A stretch of DNA of 64,000 nucleotides. Origin: Eledone cirrhosa (lineage: Eukaryota). The stretch spans positions 48,794,001-48,858,000 of the forward strand of contig OZ024743.1 in the NCBI GenBank assembly GCA_964016885.1. Reading direction: 5' to 3'. Shown here piece by piece: positions 13,960 through 26,740 of the stretch; position 1 is the stretch's first letter, and every line of letters starts with the position of its first letter. Under the pieces are notes generated by a model. It had not been told where the DNA came from. It did not search any database and worked only from the letters and a program-made list of their open reading frames with translations. The position numbers were made by a program, and so were the translations under genes.

Positions 13960-15000
13960 CAACAGTAGTTCTGTCTGTCGTGTTCAACATGGCATTGTCC
14001 CCCAACTAAGACAACATTAGTTCTGTGTGTTGTGTTCAACATGGCATTGTCCCCTAAGTAAGACAACAGTAGTTCTGTCTGTTGTGTTCAACATGGCATT
14101 GTCCCCAAACTAAGACAACAGTAGTTCTGTGTGTTGTGTTCAACATGGCATTGTCACCCAACTAAGACAACAGTAGTTCTGTGCGTTGTGTTCAACATGG
14201 CATTGTCCCCAACTAAGACAACAGTAGCTCTGTGTGTCGTGTTCAACATGGCATTGTCCCCCAACTAAGACAACATTAGTTCTGTGTGTTGTGTTCAACA
14301 TGGCATTGTCCCCCACCTAAGACAACAGTAGTTCTATGTGTTGTGTTCAACATGGCATTGTCCCCCAACTAAGACAACAGTAGCTCTGTGAGTTGTGTTC
14401 AACATGGGATTGTCCCCAACTAAGATAGCAGTAGTTCTACGTGTTGTGTTCAACATTGCATTGTCCCCAACTAAGACAACAGTAGTTCTGTCTGTCGTGT
14501 TCAACATGGCATTGTCCCCCAACTAAGACAACATTAGTTCTGTGTGTTGTGTTCAACATGGCATTGTCCCCTAAGTAAGACAACAGTAGTTCTGTCTGTT
14601 GTGTTCAACATGGCATTGTCCCCAAACTAAGACAACAGTAGTTCTGTGTGTTGTGTTCAACATGGCATTGTCACCCAACTAAGACAACAGTAGTTCTGTG
14701 CGTTGTGTTCAACATGGCATTGTCCCCAACTAAGACAACAGTAGTTCTGTCTGTCGTGTTCAACATGGCATTGTCCCCCAACTAAGACAACATTAGTTCT
14801 GTGTGTTGTGTTCAACATGGCATTGTCCCCCACCTAAGACAACAGTAGTTCTATGTGTTGTGTTCAACATGGCATTGTCCCCCAACTAAGACAACAGTAG
14901 CTCTGTGAGTTGTGTTCAACATGGGATTGTCCCCAACTAAGATAGCAGTAGTTCTACGTGTTGTGTTCAACATTGCATTGTCCCCAACTAAGACAACAGT
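13960..15000. repeat. 517-bp (10-monomer) tandem duplication
   Basis: Identical ORFs 14334/14851. Markers ccccaaact, tcaccc, gtgcgtt and gatagcag each recur 517 bp apart. Confidence 0.85.
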
Positions 15001-18000
15001 AGTTCTGTCTGTTGTGTTCAACATGGCATTGTCCCCCAACTAAGACAACAGTAGTTCTGTCTGTCGTGTTCAACATGCCATTGTCCCCCAACTAAGACAA
15101 CATTAGTTCTGTGTGTTGTGTTCAACATGGCATTGTCCCCTAAGTAAGACAACAGTAGCTCTGTGTGTTGTGTTCAACATGGCATTGTCCCCCACCTAAG
15201 ACAACAGTAGTTCTGTGTGTTGTGTTCAACATGGCATTGTCCCCCAACTAAGACAACAGTAGTTCTGTGTGTTGTGTTAAACATGGCATTGTCCCCCAAC
15301 TAAGACAACAGTAGTTCTGTGTGTTGTGTTCAACATGGCATTGTCCCCCAACTAAGACAACAGTAGTTCTGTGTGTTGTGTTCAACATGGCATTGTCCCC
15401 CAACTAAGACAACAGTAGTTCTATGTGTTGTGTTCAACATGGCATAGTCCCCCAACTAAGACAACAGTAGCTCTGTGTATTGTGTTCAACATGGCATTGT
15501 CCCCCAACTAAGACAACAGTAGTTCTATGTTTTATGTTCAACATGGCATTGTCCCCAACTAAGACAACAGTAGTACTATGTGTTGTGTTCAACATGGCAT
15601 TGTCCCACAACTAAGACAACAGTAGTTCTATGTGTTGTGTTCAACATGGCATTGTCCCCAACTAAGACAACAGTAGTTCTATGTGTTGTGTTCAACATGG
15701 CATTGTCCCCCAACTAAGACAACAGTAGTTCTGTGTGTTGTGTTCAACATGGCATTGTCCCCCAACTAAGACAACAGTAGCTCTGTGTGTTGTGTTCAAC
15801 ATGGCATTGTCCTCAACTAAGACAACAGTAGCTCTGTGTGTTGTGTTCAACATGGCATAGTCCCCCAACTAAGACAACAGTAGCTCTGTGTGTTGTGTTG
15901 AACATGGCATTGTCCCCAACTAAGACAACAGTAGCTCTGTGTGTTGTGCTGAACATGGCATTGTCCCCCAACTAAGACAACAGTAGTTCTATGTGTTGTG
16001 TTCAACATTGCATTGTCCCCCAACTCAGACAACAGTAGCTCTGTGTCTTGTGTTCAACATGGCATTGTCCCCCAACTAAGACAACAGTAGTTCTATGTGT
16101 TGTGTTCAACATGGCATAGTCCCCCAACTAAGACAACAGTAGCTCTGTGTATTGTGTTCAACATGGCATTGTCGCCCAACTAAGACAACAGTAGCTCTGT
16201 GTGTTGTGTTCAACATGGCATAGTCCCCCAACTAAGACAACAGTAGCTCTGTGTGTTGTGTTCAACATGCCATTGTCCCCCAACTAAGACAACAGTAGCT
16301 CTGTGTGTTGTGTTCAACATGGCATTGTCCCACAACTAAGACAACAGTAGCTCTGTGTGTTGTGTTCAACATGGCATTGTCCCCCAACTAAGACAACAGT
16401 AGCTCTGTGTGTTGTGTTCAACATGGCATTGTCCCCCAACTAAGACAACAGTAGTTCTGTGTGTTGTGTTCAACATGGCATTGTCCCCCAACTAAGACAA
16501 CAGTAGCTCTGTGTGTTGTGTTCAACATGGCATTGTCCGCCAACTAAGACAACAGTAGTTCTGTGTGTTGTGTTAAACATGGCATTGTCCCCCAACTAAG
16601 ACAACAGTAGTTCTGTGTGTTGTGTTCAACATGGCATTGTCCCCCAACTAAGACAACAGTAGTTCTATGTGTTATGTTCAACATGGCATTGTCCCCAACT
16701 AAGACAACAGTAGTTCTATGTGTTGTGTTCAACATGGCATTGTCCCACAACTAAGACAACAGTAGTTCTATGTGTTGTGTTCAACATGGCATTGTCCCCC
16801 AACTAAGACAACAGTAGTTCTATGTGTTGTGTTCAACATGGCATTGTCCCCCAACTAAGACAACAGTAGTTCTGTGTGTTGTGTTCAACATGGCATTGTC
16901 CCCCAACTAAGACAACAGTAGCTCTGTGTGTTGTGTTCAACATGGCATTGTCCCCAACTAAGACAACAGTAGCTCTGTGTGTTGTGTTCAACATGGCATT
17001 GTCCCCCAACTAAGACAACATTAGTTCTATGTGTTGTGTTCAACATGGCATTGTTCCACAACTAAGACAACAGTATCTCTGTGTGTTGTGTTGAACATGG
17101 CATTGTCCCCCAACTAAGACAACAGTAGTTCTGTGTGTTATGTTCAACATGGCATTGTATGCCAACTAAGACAACAGTAGCTCTGTGTGTTGCGTTCAAC
17201 ATGGCATTGTCCGCAACAAAGACAAGAGTAGTGCTATGTGTTGTGTCCAACATGGCATTGTCCCACAACTAAGACAACAGTAGCTCTGTGTGTTGTGTTC
17301 AACATGGCATTGTCCCCCAACTAAGACAACAGTAGTTCTATGTGTTGTGTTCACCATGGCATTGTCCCACAACTAAGACAACAGTAGCTCTGTGTGTTGT
17401 GTTCAACATGGCATTGTCCCCCAACTAAGACAACAGTAGTTCTATGTGTTGTGTTCAACATGGCATTGTCCCACAACTAAGACAACAGTAGCTCTGTGTG
17501 TTGTGTTCAACATTGCATTGTCCCCCAACTAAGACAACAGTAGTTCTGTGTGTTGTGTTCAACATGGCATTGTCCCCAAACTAAGACAACAGTAGCTCTG
17601 TGTGTTGTGTTGAACATGGCATTGTCCCCAACTAAGACAACAGTAGCTCTGTGTGTTGTGTTGAACATGGCATTGTTCCCCAACTAAGACAACAGTAGTT
17701 ATATGTGTTGTGTTCAACATGGCATTGTCCCCGAACTCAGACAACAGTAGCTCTGTGTCTTGTGTTCAACATGGCATTGTCCCCCAACTAAGACAACAGT
17801 AGTTCAATGTGTTGTGTTCAACATGGCATTGTCCCCCAACTAAGACAACAGTAGTTCTGTGTGTTGTGTTCAACATGGCATTGTCCACCATCTAAGACAA
17901 CAGTAGTTCTGTGTGTTGTGTTCAACATGGCATTGTCCCCCAAATAAGACAACAGTAGTTCTGTGTGTTGTGTTCAACATGGCATTGTCCCCCAACTAAA

Positions 18001-19854
18001 ACAACAGTAGTTCTGTGTGTTGTGTTCAACATGGCATTGTCCCCCAACTAAGACAACAGTAGTTCTGTGTGTCGTGTTCAACATGGCATTGTCCCCCAAC
18101 TAAGACAACAGTAGTTCTGTGTGTTGTGTTCAACATGGCATTGTCCCCCAACTAAGACAATAGTAGCTCTGTGTGTTGTGTTCAACATGGCATTGTCCCC
18201 CACCTAAGACAACAGTAGTTCTATGTGTTGTGTTTAACATGGCATTGTCCCCCAACTAAGACAACAGTAGCTCTATGAGTTGTGTTCAACATGGGATTGT
18301 CCCCAACTAAGATAACAGTAGTTCTACGTGTTGTGTTCAACATGGCATTGTCCCCAACTAAGACAAAAGTAGCTCTGTGTGTTGTGTTCAACATGGCATT
18401 GTCCCCAAGTAAGACAACAGTAGTTCTGTGTGTTGTGTTCAACATGGCATTGTCCCCCAACTAAGACAACAGTAGCTCTGTGAGTTGTGTTCAACATGGG
18501 ATTGTCCCCAACTAAGATAACAGTAGTTCTACGTGTTGTGTTCAACATGGCATTGTCCCCCAACTAAGACAACAGTAGCTCTGTGTGTTGTGTTCAACAT
18601 GGCATTGTCCCCAAGTAAGACAACAGTAGTTCTGTGTGTTGTGTTCAACATGGCATTGTCCCCCAACTAAGACAACAGTAGCTCTGTGTGTTGTGTTCAA
18701 CATGGCATTGTCCCCCAACTAAGATAACAGTAGTTCTATGTGTTGTGTTCAACATGGCATTGTCCCACAACTAAGACAACAGTAGCTCTGTGTGTTGTGT
18801 TCAATATGGAATTGTCCCCCAACTAAGACAACAGTAGTTCTGTGTTTTGTATTCAACATGGCAATGTCCCCCAACTAAGACAACAGTAGTTCTATGTGTT
18901 GTGTTCAACATGGCATTGTCCCACAACTAAGACAACAGTAGCTCTGTGTGTTGTGTTGAACATGGCATTGTCCCCCAACTAAGACAACAGTAGTTCTGTG
19001 TGTTATGTTCAACATGGCATTGTACGCCAACTAAGACAACAGTAGCTGTGTGTGTTGTGTTCAACATGGCATTGTCCGCAACTAAGACAAGAGTAGTGCT
19101 ATGTGTTGTGTCCAACATGGCATTGTCCCACAACTAAGACAACAGTAGCTCTGTGTGTTGTGTTCAACATGGCATTGTCCCCCAACTAAGACAACAGTAG
19201 TTCTATGTGTTGTGTTCAACATGGCATTGTCCCACAACTAAGACAACAGTAGCTCTGTGTGTTGTCTTCAACATGGCATTGTCCCCCAACTAAGACAACA
19301 GTAGTTCTATGTGTTGTGTTCAACATTGCATTGTCCCCCAACTAAGACAACAGTAGTTCTGTGTGTTGTGTTCAACATGGCATTGTCCCCAAACTAAGAC
19401 AACAGTAGCTCTGTGTGTTTTGTTGAACATGGCATTGTCCCCAACTAAGACAACAGTAGCTCTGTGTGTTGTGTTGAACATGGCATTGTTCCCCAACTAA
19501 GACAACAGTAGTTATATGTGTTGTGTTCAACATGGCATTGTCCCCGAACTCAGACAACAGTAGCTCTGTGTCTTGTGTTCAACATGGCATTGTCCCCCAA
19601 CTAAGACAACAGTAGTTCAATGTGTTGTGTTCAACATGGCATTGTCCCCCAACTAAGACAACAGTAGTTCTGTGTGTTGTGTTCAACATGGCATTGTCCA
19701 CCATCTAAGACAACAGTAGTTCTGTGTGTTGTGTTCAACATGGCATTGTCCCCCAAATAAGACAACAGTAGTTCTGTGTGTTGTGTTCAACATGGCATTG
19801 TCCCCCAACTAAAACAACAGCAGCTCTGTGTGTTGTGTTCAACATGGCATTGTC

Positions 19855-22800
19855 CCCCAACTAAGACAACAGTAGCTCTGTGTGTTGTGTTCAACATGGC
19901 ATTGTCCCCAACTAAGACAACAGTAGTTCTGTGTGTTGTGTTCTACATGGCATTGTCCCCCAACTAAGACAACAGTAGCTCTGTGTGTTGTGTTCAACAT
20001 GGCATTGTCCCCCAACTAAGACAACAGTAGTTCTATGTGTTGTGTTCAACATGGCATTGTCCCCAACTAAGACAACAGTAGCTCTGTGTGTTGTGTTCAA
20101 CATGGCATTGTCCCCAACTAAGACAACAGTAGTTCTGTGTGTTGTGTTTAACATGGCATTGTCCCCCAACTAAGACAACAGTAGTTCTGTGTGTTGTGTT
20201 CAACATGGCATTGTCCCCCAACTAAGACAACAGTAGTTCTGTGTGTCGTGTTCAACATGGCATTGTCCCCCAACTAAGACAACAGTAGTTCTGTGTGTTG
20301 TGTTCAACATGGCATTGTCCCCCAACTAAGACAATAGTAGCTCTGTGTGTTGTGTTCAACATGGCATTGTCCCCCACCTAAGACAACAGTAGTTCTATGT
20401 GTTGTGCTCAACATGGCATTGTCCCCCAACTAAGACAACAGTAGCTCTGTGAGTTGTGTTCAACATGGGATTGTCCCCAACTAAGATAACAGTAGTTCTA
20501 CGTGTTGTGTTCAACATGGCATTGTCCCCAACTAAGACAAAAGTAGCTCTGTGTGTTGTGTTCAACATGGCATTGTCCCCCAACTAAGACAACAGTAGTT
20601 CTGTGTGTTGTGTTCAACATGGCATTGTCCCCCAACTAAGACAACAGTAGTTCTGTGTGTTGTGTTCAACATGGCATTGTCCCCTATCTAAGACAACAGT
20701 AGTTCTGTCTGTTGTGTTCAACATGGCATTGTCCCCCAACTAAGACAACAGTAGTTCTGTGTGTCGTGTTCAACATGGCATTGTCTCCCAACTAAGACAA
20801 CAGTAGTTCTGTGTGTTGCGTTCAACATGGCATTGTCCCCCAACTAAGACAACAGTAGTTCTGTGTGTTGTGTTCTACATGGCATTGTCCCCAACTAAGA
20901 CAACAGTAGCTCTGTATGTTGTGTTTAACATGGCATTGTCCCCAACTAAGACAACAGTAGCTCTGTGTGTTGTGTTCAACATGGCATTGTCCCCTAACTA
21001 AGACAACAGTAGTTCTGTCTGTTGTGTTCAACATGGCATTGTCCCCCAACTAAGACAACAGTAGTTCTGTCTGTCGTGTTCAACATGGCATTGTCCCCCA
21101 ACTAAGACAACATTAGTTCTGTGTGTTGTGTTCAACATGGCATTGTCCCCTAAGTAAGACAACAGTAGTTCTGTCTGTTGTGTTCAACATGGCATTGTCC
21201 CCCAACTAAGACAAAAGTAGTTCTGTGTGTCGTGTTCAACATGGCATTGTCCCCCAACTAAGACAACAGTAGTTCTGTGTGTTGTGTTCAACATGGCATT
21301 GTCCACCAACTAAGACAACAGTAGTTCTGTGTATTGTGTTCAACATGGCATTGTCCCCCAAATAAGACAACAGTAGCTCTCTGTCTTGTGTTCAACATGG
21401 CATTGTCCCCCAACTAAGACAACAGTAGTTCTGTGTGTTGTGTTCAACATGGCATTGTCCCCCAACTAAGACAACAGTAGTTCAATGTGTTGTGTTCAAC
21501 ATGGCATTGTCCCCCAACTAAGACAACAGTAGTTCTGTGTGTTGTGTTCAACATGGCATTGTCCACCAACTAAGACAACAGTAGTTCTGTGTGTTGTGTT
21601 CAACATGGCATTGTCCCCCAAATAAGACAACAGTAGTTCTGTGTGTTGTGTTCAACATGGCATTGTCCCCCAACTAAAACAACAGCAGCTCTGTGTGTTG
21701 TGTTCAACATGGCATTATCCCCAACTAAGACAACAGTAGTTCTGTGTGTTGTGTTCTACATGGCATTGTCCCCCAACTAAGACAACAGTAGCTCTGTGTG
21801 TTGTGTTCAACATGGCATTGTCCCCCAACTAAGACAACAGTAGTTCTATGTGTGGTGTTCAACATGGCATTGTCCCCAACTAAGACAACAGTAGCTCTGT
21901 GTGTTGTGTTCAACATGGCATTGTCCCCAACTAAGACAACAGTAGTTCTGTGTGTTGTGTTCAACATGGCATTGTCCCCCAACTAAGACAACAGTAGTTC
22001 TGTGGGTGTGTTCAACATGGCATTGTCCCCCAACTAAGACAACAGTAGTTCTATGTGTTGTGTTCAACATGGCATTGTCCCCCAACTAAGACAACAGTAG
22101 TTCTGTGTGTTGTGTTCAACATGGCATTGTCCCCCAACTAAGACAACAGTAGTTCTGTGTGTCGTGTTCAACATGGCATTGTCCCCCAACTGAGACAACA
22201 GTAGTTCTGTGTGTTGTGTTCAACATGGCATTGTCCCCCAACTAAGACAATAGTAGCTCTGTGTGTTGTGTTCAACATGGCATTGTCCCCCACCTAAGAC
22301 AACAGTAGTTCTATGTGTTGTGTTCAACATGGCATTGTCCCCCAACTAAGACAACAGTAGCTCTGTGAGTTGTGTTCAACATGGGATTGTCCCCAACTAA
22401 GATAACAGTAGTTCTACCTGTTGTGTTCAACATGGCATTGTCCCCAACTAAGACAAAAGTAGCTCTGTGTGTTGTGTTCAACATGGCATTGTCCCCCAAC
22501 TAAGACAACAGTAGTTCTGTGTGTTGTGTTCAACATGGCATTGTCCCCCAACTAAGACAACAGTAGTTCTGTGTGTTGTGTTCAACATGGCATTGTCCCC
22601 TATCTAAGACAACAGTAGTTCTGTCTGTTGTGTTCAACATGGCATTGTCCCCCAACTAAGACAACAGTAGTTCTGTCTGTCGTGTTCAACATGGCATTGT
22701 CTCCCAACTAAGACAACAGTAGTTCTGTGTGTTGTGTTCAACATGGCATTGTCCCCCAACTAAGACAACAGTAGTTCTGTGTGTTGTGTTCAACATGGCA

Positions 22801-25800
22801 TTGTCCCCAACTAAGACAACAGTAGCTCTGTATGTTGTGTTCAACATGGCATTGTCCCCAACTAAGACAACAGTAGCTCTGTGTGTTGTGTTCAACATGG
22901 CATTGTCCCCTAACTAAGACAACAGTAGTTCTGTCTGTTGTGTTCAACATGGCATTGTCCCCCAACTAAGACAACAGTAGTTCTGTCTGTCGTGTTCAAC
23001 ATGGCATTGTCCCCCAACTAAGACAACATTAGTTCTGTGTGTTGTGTTCAACATGGCATTGTCCCTTAAGTAAGACAACAGTAGTTCTGTCTGTTGCGTT
23101 CAACATGGCATTGTCCCCCAACTAAGACAACAGTAGTTCTGTGTGTCGTGTTCAACATGGCATTGTCCCCCAACTAAGACAACAGTAGTTCTGTGTGTTG
23201 TGTTCAACATGGCATTGTCCCCCAAATAAGACAACAGTAGCTCTCTGTCTTGTGTTCAACATGGCATTGTCCCCCAACTAAGACAACAGTAGCTCTGTGT
23301 GTTGTGTTCAACATGGCATTGTCCCCAACTAAGACAACAGTAGTTCTGTGTGTTGTGTTCTACATGGCATTGTCCCCCAACTAAGACAACAGTAGCTCTG
23401 TGTGTTGTGTTCAACATGGCATTGTCCCCCAACTAAGACAACAGTAGTTCTATGTGTTGTGTTCAACATGGCATTGTCCCCAACTAAGACAACAGTAGCT
23501 CTGTGTGTTGTGTTCAACATGGCATTGTCCCCAACTAAGACAACAGTAGTTCTGTGTGTTGTGTTCAACATGGCATTGTCCCCCAACTAAGACAACAGTA
23601 GTTCTGTGTGTTGTGTTCAACATGGCATTGTCCCCCAACTAAGACAACAGTAGTTCTGTGTGTCGTGTTCAACATGGCATTGTCCCCCAACTAAGACAAC
23701 AGTAGTTCTGTGTGTTGTGTTCAACATGGCATTGTCCCCCAACTAAGACAATAGTAGCTCTGTGTGTTGTGTTCAACATGGCATTGTCCCCCACCTAAGA
23801 CAACAGTAGTTCTATGTGTTGTGCTCAACATGGCATTGTCCCCCAACTAAGACAACAGTAGCTCTGTGAGTTGTGTTCAACATGGGATTGTCCCCAACTA
23901 AGATAACAGTAGTTCTACGTGTTGTGTTCAACATGGCATTGTCCCCAACTAAGACAAAAGTAGCTCTGTGTGTTGTGTTCAACATGGCATTGTCCCCCAA
24001 CTAAGACAACAGTAGTTCTGTGTGTTGTGTTCAACATGGCATTGTCCCCCAACTAAGACAACAGTAGTTCTGTGTGTTGTGTTCAACATGGCATTGTCCC
24101 CTATCTAAGACAACAGTAGTTCTGTCTGTTGTGTTCAACATGGCATTGTCCCCCAACTAAGACAACAGTAGTTCTGTGTGTCGTGTTCAACATGGCATTG
24201 TCTCCCAACTAAGACAACAGTAGTTCTGTGTGTTGCGTTCAACATGGCATTGTCCCCCAACTAAGACAACAGTAGTTCTGTGTGTTGTGTTCTACATGGC
24301 ATTGTCCCCAACTAAGACAACAGTAGCTCTGTATGTTGTGTTTAACATGGCATTGTCCCCAACTAAGACAACAGTAGCTCTGTGTGTTGTGTTCAACATG
24401 GCATTGTCCCCTAACTAAGACAACAGTAGTTCTGTCTGTTGTGTTCAACATGGCATTGTCCCCCAACTAAGACAACAGTAGTTCTGTCTGTCGTGTTCAA
24501 CATGGCATTGTCCCCCAACTAAGACAACATTAGTTCTGTGTGTTGTGTTCAACATGGCATTGTCCCCTAAGTAAGACAACAGTAGTTCTGTCTGTTGTGT
24601 TCAACATGGCATTGTCCCCCAACTAAGACAAAAGTAGTTCTGTGTGTCGTGTTCAACATGGCATTGTCCCCCAACTAAGACAACAGTAGTTCTGTGTGTT
24701 GTGTTCAACATGGCATTGTCCACCAACTAAGACAACAGTAGTTCTGTGTATTGTGTTCAACATGGCATTGTCCCCCAAATAAGACAACAGTAGCTCTCTG
24801 TCTTGTGTTCAACATGGCATTGTCCCCCAACTAAGACAACAGAAGTTCTGTGTGTTGTGTTCAACATGGCATTGTCCCCCAACTAAGACAACAGTAGTTC
24901 AATGTGTTGTGTTCAACATGGCATTGTCCCCCAACTAAGACAACAGTAGTTCTGTGTGTTGTGTTCAACATGGCATTGTCCACCAACTAAGACAACAGTA
25001 GTTCTGTGTGTTGTGTTCAACATGGCATTGTCCCCCAAATAAGACAACAGTAGTTCTGTGTGTTGTGTTCAACATGGCATTGTCCCCCAACTAAAACAAC
25101 AGCAGCTCTGTGTGTTGTGTTCAACATGGCATTGTCCCCAACTAAGACAACAGTAGTTCTGTGTGTTGTGTTCTACATGGCATTGTCCCCCAACTAAGAC
25201 AACAGTAGCTCTGTGTGTTGTGTTCAACATGGCATTGTCCCCCAACTAAGACAACAGTAGTTCTATGTGTGGTGTTCAACATGGCATTGTCCCCAACTAA
25301 GACAACAGTAGCTCTGTGTGTTGTGTTCAACATGGCATTGTCCCCAACTAAGACAACAGTAGTTCTGTGTGTTGTGTTCAACATGGCATTGTCCCCCAAC
25401 TAAGACAACAGTAGTTCTGTGGGTGTGTTCAACATGGCATTGTCCCCCAACTAAGACAACAGTAGTTCTATGTGTTGTGTTCAACATGGCATTGTCCCCC
25501 AACTAAGACAACAGTAGTTCTGTGTGTTGTGTTCAACATGGCATTGTCCCCCAACTAAGACAACAGTAGTTCTGTGTGTCGTGTTCAACATGGCATTGTC
25601 CCCCAACTGAGACAACAGTAGTTCTGTGTGTTGTGTTCAACATGGCATTGTCCCCCAACTAAGACAATAGTAGCTCTGTGTGTTGTGTTCAACATGGCAT
25701 TGTCCCCCACCTAAGACAACAGTAGTTCTATGTGTTGTGTTCAACATGGCATTGTCCCCCAACTAAGACAACAGTAGCTCTGTGAGTTGTGTTCAACATG

Positions 25801-26740
25801 GGATTGTCCCCAACTAAGATAACAGTAGTTCTACGTGTTGTGTTCAACATGGCATTGTCCCCAACTAAGACAAAAGTAGCTCTGTGTGTTGTGTTCAACA
25901 TGGCATTGTCCCCCAACTAAGACAACAGTAGTTCTGTGTGTTGTGTTCAACATGGCATTGTCCCCCAACTAAGACAACAGTAGTTCTGTGTGTTGTGTTC
26001 AACATGGCATTGTCCCCTATCTAAGACAACAGTAGTTCTGTCTGTTGTGTTCAACATGGCATTGTCCCCCAACTAAGACAACAGTAGTTCTGTCTGTCGT
26101 GTTCAACATGGCATTGTCTCCCAACTAAGACAACAGTAGTTCTGTGTGTTGTGTTCAACATGGCATTGTCCCCCAACTAAGACAACAGTAGTTCTGTGTG
26201 TTGTGTTCAACATGGCATTGTCCCCAACTAAGACAACAGTAGCTCTGTATGTTGTGTTCAACATGGCATTGTCCCCAACTAAGACAACAGTAGCTCTGTG
26301 TGTTGTGTTCAACATGGCATTGTCCCCTAACTAAGACAACAGTAGTTCTGTCTGTTGTGTTCAACATGGCATTGTCCCCCAACTAAGACAACAGTAGTTC
26401 TGTCTGTCGTGTTCAACATGGCATTGCCCCCCAACTAAGACAACATTAGTTCTGTGTGTTGTGTTCAACATGGCATTGTCCCTTAAGTAAGACAACAGTA
26501 GTTCTGTCTGTTGCGTTCAACATGGCATTGTCCCCCAACTAAGACAACAGTAGTTCTGTGTGTCGTGTTCAACATGGCATTGTCCCCCAACTAAGACAAC
26601 AGTAGTTCTGTGTGTTGTGTTCAACATGGCATTGTCCACCAACTAAGACAACAGTAGTTCTGTGTATTGTGTTCAACATGGCATTGTCCCCCAAATAAGA
26701 CAACAGTAGCTCTCTGTCTTGTGTTCAACATGGCATTGTC
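19855..26740. repeat. 3,417-bp tandem HOR pair (the 3,469-bp pair as carried in 13.36-kb copy 2, minus one monomer)
   Basis: ORF pairs 19912/23329, 20395/23812, 21725/25142 and 22686/26103 are offset 3,417. Marker gtgggtgtg lies at ~22004/25421. Confidence 0.9.
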
